From the NCBI GenBank assembly GCA_036785375.1, contig JAWMAR010000377.1:1550001-1614000 (forward strand): 64,000 nt of DNA. The letters are read 5' to 3'. This document shows, piece after piece, positions 37,637-50,648 of this stretch (positions are counted from its first letter, which is position 1; each line of letters opens with the position of its first letter). Both the position numbers and the translations under genes were made by a program. The DNA is from Leucoraja ocellata. Its lineage: Eukaryota. The notes under the pieces were generated by a model that was not told where the DNA came from, did no database searches, and was given only the letters and a program-made list of their open reading frames with translations.

Positions 37637-38357
37637 TAAGAGACTGAGCCGGCAGGGAATGGGATACATGTTCAGTGGAAGTTTGCCTGTTCAAAATGAG
37701 CATAAAATGGACATTGAGTTGATCAGGCCCTTGTGCATCTTATGACAACCAGTGATTGTTATAATATGCACAACAGATGCCTGAATTGCCAAAGATGCTA
37801 ACATGATTTTGCACAGAAGTGCCTGCTTTAATTTTTCGATGGGTAAAGTTGCACATCAGCATGATCTAACCTGGAGAAATCATTTGTGTGTGTGATTTAT
37901 GCTTGTAAAACAACACTGGTGGGTAAAATTTCATGGCAATCTAGTCCACAAGAAATTTTAAACTCTTACTATAACTTGACGTAAAGTCAACTGTTAATCA
38001 TCTAGGAGTGAACTTTATTTAGGTTTTATCTGTCAGCAACTACATTGATATATTGCGTACAGGTCACACTAGGAAACTAACTCATATTTTAATGTAACAT
38101 AATGTTTTTTTGCTTTGCAAACCTTCGTGTCAGCATTTGTGAGAGATGAGTTTAAAAGGAAAACAAGGCCCCATACAAGCTGGAACATTCAAATAAATAC
38201 TTTTGAGTTCCCATGAGGTAGGGAACAGTGGCTAAAATAACAAAATATAATTGTAACTTTTGTTGAAGTAGAAGGGAAATGCTCTGTTAAACTTTTGACA
38301 AAGGTTTCTTTCATCCCAGACAAGAATTTGCCTCGGGATGTGTTTTTAACTCAATCA

Positions 38358-38585
38358 TGGGCGGCACTGTGGTGCAGCGGTAGAACTGCTGCCTCACAGC
38401 ACCAGAGACCCGGTTTCCTCTCACATTCCAAAGATGTACAGGTTGATAGGTTAATTGCCTTGGTATAATTATAAATTGTCCCTAATGTGTGTAGGGTCGT
38501 GTAAGCTTGAGGTGATCACTGGTCAGCGTGGATTCGGTGGGCTGAAGGGTCTGTTCCCGTGCTGTATCTTTAAACTAAACTGAAC
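38358..38585 (+). mobile_element. V-SINE with internal deletion
   Basis: gggcggcactgtggtgcagcggtag head; (ctaaa) tail. Confidence 0.85.
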
Positions 38586-38849
38586 GTTCTTGTTCTTAAT
38601 TGTGCAATCAAAATTCATTTTGTCCTTTCTGGAAATAAAACTTTAAAAAACATTTTAGATAATTCAAACTACAGGAGCATTGGCCTGGATTTTATCTTCT
38701 GTGGATGGCTGTATTTTGGCGTGCTTGGGGGAGGGGGGGAGGATTTATATTGGCTGAAGTGACAGCATATCTCAAAGGTCTCTCCAAAATGCTAACAGAA
38801 CTGCGGCTGGATAATGCTTATAGTTTTTTTAATGTCATTATTATGCAAT

Positions 38850-39067
38850 TGTAGCGGTGCCTGCTAGCACACGCAGATATCAAACCCAGCGTTCGGAAGC
38901 TGCGGTCACGGGACTCGGGAGGGGCTGTTGTTTTCATGCGGTTTTTCCCCTGCGCGCGTTAGTTCAACGTTGTGGGCAGACGTGTCTGATAAGACTGTAT
39001 GCTGCAACTTGAACTTTCGAATAAAGATTTGTTGGAAACTCCAGTAGTCGTTTCTCAGACCACTAAA
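38850..39067 (+). mobile_element. Probable short solo LTR
   Basis: Starts TGTAGCG, CpG-rich, AATAAA at ~39020, ends ccactaaa (near-TACA); flanks caat/ctat. Confidence 0.55.
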
Positions 39068-39657
39068 CTATGTTATATTCAGTGCATCTGTACAATTAAT
39101 CATAATAAGGGGTGTACAATGGTTGGTATTTGCAATTGAATTTCATTACCAGGAGCTGTGAGCTATCCCTGTTTATCGTCATATCCTTTCCAGTTTTTCT
39201 TTTTAATTAGGTGGAGCAGGGATGTTGTTAAAGTGTGCGATTCAATTTGGTTTCCACTTTCTAACAGGACCAGGCACACATTGCCTGATTATCTTCCATT
39301 GGGCCAACTATCTCCGGGACTATAACACTACAGTGCCAGTTTGTAACACCTGGAAGATGCTAGTTACCAGCGCCCCAAGGAGTACCTTCTTCACTTGCAT
39401 GGGAGGAAAGAAGGGAACTTAGCAGGAGAAAAATAGTCTGCATCGAATAGAATGAAAACACATCCTTCAGTTATCAGTCACTGTGTCAGAGACGCCTGGC
39501 TACGAAATTAAATGTTAGTCACGGCGAACTGGGTGGTGACATGAAAAAGTGCAGAGACAGGACAGATCAGACACTATGCAAGATACATGGGGCTGGAGTA
39601 ACAAACCTATCAGGATATGCATTCATACTTTACTCTCTCGATATGGTGAAGTTGTTA

Positions 39658-40105
39658 AACTCAAAAGTCAAGGGTGTTTAGTTGTCATATGTATCAAAGC
39701 AGAACAATACAATTCTTATATGCAGCTGCATAACAGATCTGTAAACACAGTACTTTATAGATACCAACCAGAAAATAATTTCAAGAACTCAAAAAAATAT
39801 TAGTGTAAAACAAAAGCCTGAAGTCCCTAATGCAAGCAAGTTTGTAATTCAAAGTATAGTTGGTGTTAGTGGTGTTCAATAGCCTGATGGTTGTTAGAAA
39901 GAAGCTGTTCCTGAACCTGGAGGTCACAGTTTACAGACTCCTGTGTCTCTTTTCCGATGGCAGGAGTGAAATAAGAGCGTGGCTAGGGTAGTGTGGGTCC
40001 TTGATAACATTGGCTGCCTTTTTGATGCAATGCCTCCTATAGATCCCTTTGATGATGGCCAAGTCACTACCCGGGATGAACCAGGCAGTGTCCACCACGT
40101 TGTGT
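39658..40105 (-). mobile_element. Rex1/Babar 3' end
   Basis: Reverse complement resembles 54040-54400. Confidence 0.8.
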
Positions 40106-40124
40106 TATCTCTTTCGTCGTAGTG

Positions 40125-40602
40125 GTTCTGGAGTAACTCAGCGGGACAGGCAGCATATCTGGGGGGAACCTTTTTCAGACTAATTGTGGTGATGGGGAGG
40201 GGGCGGGGGTTGAAAGCTGGAAGAGAAGTGGGGGCAGGACAATGCCTGGTCAGTGAGAGGTGGATGCAGGTGAGTGGGAAAGGAGTTTGTTTGGCTGATG
40301 CTTGGGCAAAGGCCAGAAATGAGAAGACAAAAGAATGAAAGAGATGCAAATTGTGAAACCAGAGGAAGGAATGTAGGTGGACGCAGACGGGAGAAATGAT
40401 TGTGATTTCAGGTGGGGCGCTGGGAAGAGTGGGGGGGGGGGGGAAGAAAGGGGATAAGAGTGTGTTATTTGTAGGTTAGTTACCTAATATTAGAGAATTC
40501 AATGTACATAACCATTAGGTTGTAAGCTATCTAAACGGAATAAGAGAAGCTGTTCCTCCAGTTTGTGTGCGGCCTCACTCTGACAATGGAAGCGGCCCAG
40601 GG
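40125..40602 (-). mobile_element. Penelope 3' end (endonuclease C-terminus, UTR, terminal repeat)
   Basis: aaacggaataagagaagctgttcctccagtttg parallels 57735-57770. Confidence 0.8.
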
Positions 40603-40824
40603 CCTTTACTACTCAGGGACTGGCATTCATGCTCCTGTTGTAATCATGCTTCCTCTTCTGTGGCAACCTCAAGCCATGCCTTCTTTGTCCCATTGGCAGA
40701 TATCCTCCCTGCCACTAGGGAATATAGCGCCCCTTGGCTGCAGCTGTACGAATCGTGGCTTAATCTGAGAAGTCACTGAATGTAAGAGCTACTTTGTGGC
40801 ATTTGTAATCTAGTCCCCCACTCC

Positions 40825-40936
40825 AATAGGCAACGTTTCGGGCCGAAACCCTTCTTCAGACCCTGCTGCACCTGCTGAGTTTCTCCAGCATTTTTGTGTA
40901 CCTTCGATTTTCCAGCATCTGCAGTTCCTTCTTAAA
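40825..40936. mobile_element. Inverted Penelope terminal repeats with an intact minus-strand hammerhead core (40832-40859)
   Basis: aacgtttcgggccgaaacccttcttcag followed by a plus-strand terminal segment. Confidence 0.82.
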
Positions 40937-41117
40937 CAACGCACAAACCTTTATGTCTTTGGAGTGTGGGAGGAAACCGAGGATCTCAGAGAAAACACGT
41001 GCAGTCACGGGAAGAATTTACAAACTCCGCACAGACATGCACGCGTGGTCAGGAATTAAACCCAGGTCTCTGGCGCTGTAAGGCAGTAACTCAACCGCTA
41101 CACCACCATACTGCCCG
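40937..41117 (-). mobile_element. V-SINE 5' part
   Basis: tctttggagtgtgggaggaaacc...ctggcgctgtaaggcag. Confidence 0.82.
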
Positions 41118-41639
41118 ATAAGAAGCCCTTACTTCAGCTCCATGGCTCCCATTTAAAAGTAAGTCCCTTAATTTTAAATTGGAAAACAAGGGTATGGAGC
41201 CTCAGAGAAAATACTCATCTTTTTTATGAACACGTATGCATGTTGAAAACAATATAATGCTTGGTTCCAATAATTTAAATGAATTCATGCATATGAATGT
41301 ATTATGAATCTCTGTCCCCCTCTAAACAGTAGGCAATTCCGAGAAGAAGGACTTGAAAAAACTAGGCCACAATCTTTGTGATAACTATACACACCATTTT
41401 GTTCCTCCATATCATTGAGGGTTACATATCAGTGAGGAGACTGGGAAAGTTTATCTAAGATTTCTTACATGAAACATCAGTTTCTTGGACCTTTGTGAGA
41501 TTATGATATCCATGGTGGACAACATAATAATCGGTAACAAATGTATCTGTGATCAAAGAGAAGACCTTTGGATTGATTAGTCATGGGAATCTGGTGTTGA
41601 AAAGTTGCTGCAGTGAATCTTCTTTCACTTTGTATGAGT

Positions 41640-42200
41640 TAAGTATTGAATGTGAAGCAGCTGGGAATGTGAGCTTGTGACAGGCACCAGGAATCTGAAA
41701 AGGGATATAGACAGGTGAAGTGGATAACTAAGAAAGGGGCAGATAGTGAAGCTATTCACCGGTTAAAAAAAAACAAAAGAGTTTAATATTTTTTAAATGG
41801 TGGCAAACTATTGAAGACCAATGCCCAAAACAGCCTTGATGCTCTGGTATGTGAAACATAGGATGTTAACATGCAGGTACAATAAACCATTGGGAAGGGA
41901 AATAGTATGTTGAATTAATTGCATCGAATGGTAGCACAAAGAAGGCCTGCTGCAATTGTGCAGAGCTTTGATGAGACTATACATGAAATACTATGCAAGT
42001 TTGGTTTCTGTACTTGAGGGAGGATATATTTGCCCCAGGGTTGCTACTCACTGTATTCACTAGATTAATTGTTGGCCTGCAGTTGTTCTCCATTAAGGTC
42101 AGAATGAGCAGACTGTTTAAATAAAGGAAGTTCTCTTGAACAATGCAAGAATCTGAGAGGAATTGACAGAGGATATTCTGGAAGCATATTGTCAGGATAA
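41640..42200 (+). mobile_element. Old CR1 ORF2 fragment
   Basis: Degenerate match to 8250-8790. Confidence 0.7.
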
Positions 42201-43437
42201 GTGCCTGACGATTAATGAGAGTCCAACCTGTTCTAACTTGCCAGTGCTGATCTGTGACCTGGTGTGGAAGGACTCATCAAAGATGCAGCGCTGCAGATAG
42301 AGCAGTATTGAGAATAAACAGGTGTTCCAGGACAACATTTACTACTAAAGCAACATTTAAAAGGCATTTGGACAAGCGCATAGATTGAAAGATTTAGAGG
42401 GAAAGTGGGACGCGTAGATGGGGCATCTTGGACAGCATGGACAAGTTGGTCCAAAGGGCCTGTTTCCACGCTCTGTAACTCTATGAATGACCAATGACAG
42501 TTGCTCCAAAGAACAATGTGATCTAGTTCCTCAATAAGTAAGTTTGGTATTACAACTGTGCATGCCCAGGTCAAGGGTCATTTGGGATAAACATTCTCGC
42601 CAGCTGAGCTACTGTGTTTGTACGGACCTGCGTATTCATTTCAATGAGATTCATAAATAAATATATCTGTTAAATATGTCAACAGTAGGCCACATCGTAC
42701 TGCAGGCTGCACAAATCCATAATAGTATTTATTTAAATTATTGACTCAATACAGCACCAGCCTTGAAAATGCAAAAATGCCTGGAACGAACCTGTCAATT
42801 ATCAAATCCCTGACATTAGCCTGAGTCACAGCCATTCAAATTTGATATTGATTTACGCAAAATACAAGTTGTGTGGTCAACCAATTTGAGACAATCCCTA
42901 CATTCCTATCTAAACAACCTTCCTGGATTGAAGGAAACAAAGAAAATGTGCTGTGTGGGGGTAGGTTGGAAAGTTCAGATTGGATTAGAACAAGCTGGTT
43001 AAACCTTCGAGGTGGGTTGGCTTGAATAAGGTTGCTGTCATTTTAACCTCTGGGATTGGTTCCAGTCTGTCAGGGCCCACAGTTGGGAGCCGGGTCCAGG
43101 TGACCGGGCGGTGATAATTATGAGAATTTGCAGCCATTTGAACCGCAGCCAAACAAGAGGCTTCACTCAGGAGTGGGTCGCAGCTCCCCAGCTGACGGTA
43201 CCCATTCTCACTCTCTTTAAAGGAGGCACCGCCCGTCCTAGCGAGTAGGCAAACGTGGAGCCAACCCGTAATACGAGTGGGAGCATTTTCTCAGTCAGAC
43301 TTTGTCGACAGTTGGGGTGGGGAATTTGGGAGAGAGAGAGAGCTGGCGATGCCGCACAGTCAGAACAGTTTAATAATGACCCATTAAAATCCACCCTTTT
43401 GCCACTCGGCAACCTGGGCTGATCTGATCTGCCAGCC

Positions 43438-43602
43438 AATAGACAATAGACAATAGGTGCAGGAGCAGGCCATTTGGTCCTTCGAGCCAGCACCGTCATT
43501 CAATGTGATCATGGCTGATCATCCCCAATCAGTACCCCGTTTCTGCCTTCTCCCCATATCCCCTGACTCCGCTATTTTTAAGAGTTCTATCTTGCTCTCT
43601 CT
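43438..43602 (-). mobile_element. CR1 3' tail
   Basis: (caataga)n tail. Confidence 0.85.
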
Positions 43603-44017
43603 TCAAAGGCCTCTTGCTAGCTCGCTGCGTGCCCGATCCTATAGCAGAACCTCCACAAAATGTTTGGGCTTCAGGTAACCCCTGCACAAAGAGCCTTAGC
43701 TAACAAGGGCTGGCGAACTGTGCTGGTCAACGTGCACTGGGCCAGATGGCTGGGGGAACGCACCGCAACCACTGCAAACTTGGAACAGCACAGACCCTCT
43801 ACCCAATCTATCCAGTACTAAAGGGGAGGCACTTCGTAGTTAAATATCTTATATTGGATTGGCAGCTCCTTCACAGGGCTAACCCTGCACTCAGTTTTCC
43901 TCTGAGATTAATCTTTACCTTAAGGGTACATTCATACAGCCTGTAGGTGATGCATTAGCCCACATCTCACTGATACAATCGCTGCCTGCCTCAGATTAAA
44001 TATATTTTTACACATAA

Positions 44018-44452
44018 ATTATGAATAAGTTAGGACTTTATTCTTTGGAGCGCAGAAGGTTAAGGGGGGACTTGATAGAGGTTTTTAAAATGATGAGAGG
44101 GATAGACAGAGTTGACGTGGAAAAGCTTTTCCCACTGAGAGTAGGGAAGATTCAAACAAGGGGACATGACTTGAGAATTAAGGGACTGAAGTTTAGGGGT
44201 AACATGAGGGGGAACTTCTTTACTCAGAGAGTGGTAGCTGCGTGGAATGAGCTTCCAGTGAACATGGTGGAGGCAGGTTCGTTTTTATCATTTAAAAATA
44301 AATTGGATAGTTATATGGATGGGAAGGGAATGGAGGGTTATGGTCTGAGCGCAGGTATATGGGACTAGGGGAGATTATGTGTTCGGCACGGACTAGAAGG
44401 GTCGAGATGGCCTGTTTCCGTGCTGTAATTGTTATATGGTTATATGGTTATA
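44018..44452 (+). mobile_element. Young CR1 3' end
   Basis: ORF 44021 is an intact C-terminus; (tatatggt)n tail. Confidence 0.95.
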
Positions 44453-44814
44453 AAGATAAGAACATGTTTCAAACACAAGTAATATTTTCTTATTCCAGTA
44501 GCAAACACATTAAGGATTAAATGAAAATAATAAATACTTTAACTTTGTGAATATCTCATTGCAGATTAATGAACTGAACTAGAACTGGGACTGTGTAAGT
44601 AGTGTGGGAACAGCGGAACAAGAAAGGAAGCTATTGAGTTGACAGAATTCTAGATTAATTCCTTGGTAGAATAGTTAACAATTTATACAGAATTTATACA
44701 GCACTGCGCTTTAAAAAAAAAATCCCGAATGACCTTTGACAAATCCCATGATTCCTCGCGTTTATCGAGATACTGAACTCGCTTAATACAGCCCCATATC
44801 ATGAAACTATGTTG

Positions 44815-45015
44815 AAACAAAGAACTGCAAATGCTGGTTTGTACCAAAGATAGACATAAAGTGCTGGGGTAACTCAACGGGTCAGACAGTACCTCTGGAG
44901 GAAAAGGATGGGTGACGTTTCTGGTCCAACCTGAATAAGAGTCCCAACCTGAAACATCATCCATCCTATTTCTTCAGGAATGCTGCCTGACCCGTTGAGT
45001 TACTCCAGCACTTTT
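44815..45015. mobile_element. Fold-back Penelope terminal repeats
   Basis: Inverted arms join within the hammerhead region at 44911-44960. Confidence 0.8.
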
Positions 45016-45254
45016 TTTCTTCTTTATCATGAGAGGTTGTTCCCTGCTCTATGACCCCCTGCCAGCAGGACAATCTCTCAGCATTTCCCAATTCAGTTTC
45101 CCTCAGATTCTTATGATTCAATGAGATCATCTCTCATTCATTTAAACCTAAATCACATGATTGATGCAAAGATGCTTTGAAAGAGCAGAACGGTTCAATT
45201 GAATTTCTGGAGAGGCCACACAGGAAATAAACAGTTTTCAGAAGTACAACACTG

Positions 45255-45632
45255 GAAATGGTAGCATTGCACGTTTGCACTAAATTGTTGTACCCCTCGA
45301 CCTTTATTTGTGCACGGTGAATGGCTTGATTGTATTCATGCATAGTCTTTTGTTTGACTGGATAGCATGAAGAAAAAAACTTTTCACTGTACCTCAGGCA
45401 GGGCATTTTTTTTACAGAGGGTAGTGGATGCCTGGAACATACTGCCGGGGGTGGTGGTGGAGGCAGATATGATAGTGGCATTTAAGGGACTTTTGGATAA
45501 GCAAGTGGATGTGCAAGGAATGGAAGGATTTGGATTAATTGCGGGCAGAGAAGAGTTGGCCTTGGCAACAAGTTTAACATGGACATTGTGGGCTGAACGG
45601 CCTGTTCCTGTGCTATACTGTTCTGTGTTCTA
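45255..45632 (+). mobile_element. Rex1 3' tail followed by a CR1 3' end (45398-45632)
   Basis: 'FFLQRVVDAWNILPGVVVEA'. Confidence 0.75.
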
Positions 45633-47024
45633 GTTTGCACTTGATTAACTGTTGATGGACATAGACTCGCTTAGCAGCATGAACTGGTGAGGAGTCAATG
45701 AGTTTGGTTTTCTGCCTTGATTTATTTTAACATTGGATTTAACCATCAATGTTCAGAGGGCTTTGCAAACATTGCAATAAAACAAATAGAAAAAAAGCCA
45801 CTATTTCCGGAGAAAGGCGCAACATTGTCTGAGGGTTTGTCCTATGAGATTAGGTTAAAACATAGTCAGGGGAAAGACTGCATCACACTCCACATCTGCT
45901 GCCACCATGAAAGAACTATAAAAATGCAGAAATCAGCATTAAAACTTGGCAAAAAAAACACGACTTTAAAAAAATAATGTCTTGCTGCAGATGGAATGCG
46001 AATATTCTCTGGTGTCCAATATGGAGGCGTTGCAATGCCAGGAACTCTATTGTTAAGGTATATAATGACTTGTTTTTAATGCAGACAGTAGGAACAGCGT
46101 ATTCCCTCTTGGTCCAAACAAATAGATGTCAGTGATTAATCGCCTTAAATAAATCTGTAAAATGCATGCAAATCCGAGAGAGGTTGTGAGTTTTACAACT
46201 GGTGAAAGATCAGTGTTTGGCGCCTTGGTGTTCCATAAATTCTTTCTTTCATCCTATGACCTCCTCGTGCTATAAATGATAATTTGATATCAACCAGTGT
46301 TTGCTTGTTTTAGAGCAACGTGTGCTCGGCTCGGCAAAGTGCCGGTAAAATCAAGAACTTAACATATGTTTCATGTCTGCGAGCTAGCCTCTTCTGTTGG
46401 TAGTGGGTGTTTTTTAAAGGCTTGGACTTAAAAATTCCAGATGTTTTTTTCTTTAAGTCACAGATGTTTATTTCTAAGTGGGTTCTCTTATTCAACTGCC
46501 AGAATTGCAGACACAGCACATTTTAGGGAGGATTAAATCTAAGATGGTCAGAAGAGTCGGAGCATTATTTCTTTTTCAGTGTTTGAAACTGTTCTTCAAC
46601 ATTGCGGGGTTAGGGGAGAGACAGTGAGCTCCATGTTCTCCACTTATGACCTGGATATTCAGATTACACATATTAAATTAGAGACGACAGACTATTTTTA
46701 TTCAGCAGGGGATAGAGCACGATCACTTCATCTGCAGATTTTAACAAGCTAAAGCAGCTTACTGCAAGTTCAAGGAACTTTAAAGATCTGAGATATAAAA
46801 ATGAACAAATGTTTCTCAGAGCTTTTTCTATGGCATTATTGTTGCCTTTATGAAACCTTGAGATGTTACATAGAGGTTAATTTGTTTCAAATCCAGTTTA
46901 AAGTTATTTTCCCCTTTCTCATTGTCTTCCCTCTAGATCCATTGATTTCTAGTTACTAAATGAAAAATGTTCTCAGCAAAGTATCTTCACTGCCATCTTC
47001 TCTCAGTGGCTGGATCAAGCAATT

Positions 47025-47830
47025 TAAACTCCAATCCAATTCTTCCTGACTCTCATTCCTTCAGCCAGCCTCAACGCCTGCTTCAGCTCATCTGTAGCTG
47101 AAACCATCATCCATTCCTCTGTATCACTAAACCTGATTAACAGGAAAGGATTATAGGGATATGAGCCAAACGCTGGCAGGTGTGGCGAGCAAGGATAGGG
47201 CACCTTGGTCGTTATAGGTAAGTTGGGCCAAAGGGCCTGTTTCAATGCTGTCTGAGTCTAGGACATTAGGACTCAATTCCAATCCATTCCTGATAGGCTT
47301 CCCTTCTTCTATCCTCAGTTAAGTGAGCTCATTCAAATATCTGCTGATCATGTCCTATGCTAACCTATTGCATTCACTGGCTAACCCTGTGTGAAGAATA
47401 CTTCCTGATTAAGATGCATCTTGATTTCAGAATGTTAACAATTATTTTGTGAAATAATGGCAACAGTGGAAAACTAGTTTATTTCCTATCGCATGTTGAT
47501 TCGCTTACCCTTGATATCAAATCCTTCCATGGTCCCACCCTACTCTATCTCCATAAAGTCTTCTAGTTCTACCATCCTGAATGTAATTCTATGTATGATT
47601 TTCATTTAACACAATGAGTTTTCAAATTCCTTCCCAATATATCTCTGTTTTGTCTATCACAACTTTTTAAAGGTATTTCTTAAAGTTTATCTACTTGATC
47701 AAATGTTTGATCATTACTATAATATTTTCTCACATGGCTTATTCAAACATTTAGCGTGATGGTGCTCCGATGAAGCAACTTGAGACATTTTTATATGTTA
47801 AAGTTATTATATAAATGCACGATGCTGCTG
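47025..47830 (+). mobile_element. Ancient L2 3' fragment with a CR1 tail inserted (47140-47265)
   Basis: gctgaaaccatcatccattcc... resembles L2 'AETLIHAF'; 3' end ttatatgttaaagttattatataaatgca. Confidence 0.55.
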
Positions 47831-48479
47831 ATGAATCCCTTTTATTCAACATCCTGATTGTTGCTTTTCGTTGTCTCTGTACTGTACACTGCACAATGAC
47901 AATAAAGTTTGAATCTGAATCTGAATCTGAGCTTTGAACGAGAAACAGCTGAAACATCCAACGTAAAGCTACTAAAATATTTATAATGCAGAATTGAGGG
48001 ATAGATCAACTCTTGCCTCCTATAACATTTCATACCCTTGTAAGGTACAAACTGGAGGTGATGGAAGATTCTTTAGATGCCTACATGGCCACATCTTCTA
48101 TGCCTGTCAGAAGAAATCTATTTGTTGGATTGGCACCTTTTGCATTAGCTTGAAAGTCTATGCTCTGCCATGTACTCTAGCCACAATGTGCACTGCATGT
48201 GAGCTCATTGAAGACAGATACAGTTGAGCTAATCATGGATAATAAGGAAGTGGCTTAAGTTAAATCAGAACATTGGAGTTTTTCTTGTTGCAGAGGACAA
48301 TACAGCAAGATGAGGGGAAACCAAAAATAAATTGTGAAAGGTAATACATTTCTGATTAAACAGTTAAGTTTTTTTCTCTTCCACCAATCCAATTTTTCTT
48401 TTGTGATGCCTCCTTCCAGATGAGCCTACCATGTGGACCTAGTCAAAAGCCTTACTAAAGTCCACATCTGTTTCCCTGT

Positions 48480-48618
48480 AGATAGACACAAAATGCTGTA
48501 GTAACTCAGTGGGACAGGCAGCATCTCTCCAGAGATGCTGCCTGTCCCACTGAGTTACTCCAACATTTTGTGTCCATATTCGGTTTAAACCAGCATCTGC
48601 AGTACTTTCCTACATACT
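48480..48618. mobile_element. Fold-back Penelope terminal repeat (~44-bp stem, 2-nt loop), 14-bp TSD
   Basis: ...gcagcatctct-cc-agagatgctgc...; TSD atctgtttccctgt / atctatttccctgt. Confidence 0.9.
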
Positions 48619-48682
48619 ATCTATTTCCCTGTCCTGCCAATCTTATTGGTCACCTCCTCAAATATATTAATTAAATTTGTGA

Positions 48683-48807
48683 TAGAAGGAACTGCAGATG
48701 CTGGTTTAAACCAAAGATAGACATAAAAAGCTGGAGTAATTCAGTGGGACAGGCAGCATCTTTGGAGAGAAGGAATGGATGACATTTCGGTTCGAAACCC
48801 CTTCTTC
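48683..48807 (-). mobile_element. Penelope terminal-repeat insertion, 10-bp TSD
   Basis: TSD aaatttgtga at 48673-48682 and 48808-48817. Confidence 0.88.
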
Positions 48808-49339
48808 AAATTTGTGAAACACAATTTCCCACACACAAAGTCCCACTGACTATGCCTAATTCGTCTTTGCCTTCCCAAAGGCAGAACTACCCAGTCTCTT
48901 AGAATCCCCTCCGGTACCCGTCCAGCTGCTGATGTTAGGCTCACCTCCCTGGAGTTCCCTTGCTTGCCCTTGCAGCTCTTTTTAAGTATATTCCCAACAC
49001 TGGCCACTGGTTACCATGTGATAGCATGGATAAAGCATCACTTTGTCCACTTTGTTCGGAAGGCCAATCTGTGGTATAGTTGTGTTGGTAGATTAGAACT
49101 GCCTATCCATGCATTCTGGTAGCTGCTATGATTGGAATCACCGTATTTGGATATAGAATTACTATTGGAAAGTTTGTGCCCATTATTAAAATGCAAGATA
49201 TTCCCAAAATAATTTGCTGAAACGTTTTCACTCCAAAAATGATAGCTGTCTTTTTTCTGTTTGCATATAAATCACTTTGATTTGAAGTGAAAGATGAAAA
49301 CAGTATAGGCTTTTCTCAGATGTGACCCATGCAGTAAGC

Positions 49340-49556
49340 CGCAAAGGGGACAATTCACGCCCCATGATTCGGGGCGGTCGAAACTGTTGTTGCTGGAGTT
49401 CAGAATCGGTCACCAACCAGGTCAGCTCCCGATGTTACCTTCCACAGGGCACACGGTCGAAGCTTCTGAAGTCTCGTGTGTGTGTGCGTATGCGCGTGCA
49501 CGTGGCCGCCAAGAAATTGTGTCCCCCCCATGTTTTGATAGCGATTTCCGCCCCTG
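49340..49556. mobile_element. CpG-rich probable DNA-transposon end fragment
   Basis: Ends gtccccccca...gcgatttccgcccctg (CAGGGGCGG-type terminus); no partner TIR found. Confidence 0.4.
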
Positions 49557-50648
49557 GATGTGTTCGTTGGGACGTATAATGGAGCTTTCTTCTGCCTTTT
49601 GTTCAGACTCCATTTTCCATTCGTTTTTTCAAGCTGCTTGCTAAATCCAGTTGAATCTGGAGTAACGCCGAACAACTCTCAAAAGAAATATGAGCTCTGC
49701 CACTTTTTTTGGTTCTTTTGCTTTTAATCTGAGATAACAACTTGCAGTTTGACAGACATGCAATTACATAATGTTTTATATTCTGATGATTTTGTCATGT
49801 CTGTGGGCTCCTTTGTGTTTTAGTTCACTGATTGACAATAGGGCTACTGGCAAAACATCTTTTACTGAACGTGGTCACACAAACAGAACGTTTTATCTTG
49901 ATACTCATGACAGTAATAAACTTAACTAAAACTAAACTAAACTTAGCTAATTGCAGTGGCTGGTCCACCAGTGTATCTGGTCATACCACATAATACACAC
50001 AGTTCTTACAAGGTGCATTCTATACTAGACTGGGGGACCCATTGGGTTCCGTCACCTCAACGCGTGGTTGTGGGGGGGGGGGGGGGGGGGGGGAGCTGTA
50101 GCGTCACACACACACACACACTAACCCCCCCTTGATATTTACTTAATATTATTAATTTGCTCCTTTTCCCCCATCCCCCGCCCTATCCACTCATGCATAG
50201 CCCCCAACTGCGCAGGTGCAGCTAGAGAGGGAGAGGAAGGGGTGTAGTGAGGGAGGCAGAGAGGGAGGGGGGTAGATAGGCGGGGGGTAGAGAGGGAGAG
50301 AGGCAGAGAGAGGGGGGCAGAGAGGGAGGGGGCAGAGAAGGGAGGGGGGCAGAGAGGGAGGGGTAGAGAGGGAGGGGGAGGAGGTAGAGAGGGAGGGGGT
50401 GTTGGCTGCCTTTTTGAGGTGCCGGGGAGGGTGCGGGAGTGTGAATAACCCGGGGTGGGGATTCTAAATTACCTGGGATAATTTCAGTAATATTGAGAAA
50501 TAAAGCATAAAATGTTCAGTGGTAATCTCTGCCTAGAGGGAAAAATCTGAATCAGAATATGTAAAAATGTTATCGTTACCGCGTGGTGTTGGAAGATGGA
50601 AAGACACACACACATGCACACATACAAGATCAGAGTTGTAGAGTTATA

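Noticed and set aside
45991-46057. Possible exon (cag|ATGG...AAG|gtat)
   Set aside because: Weak donor and no recognisable peptide in any frame.
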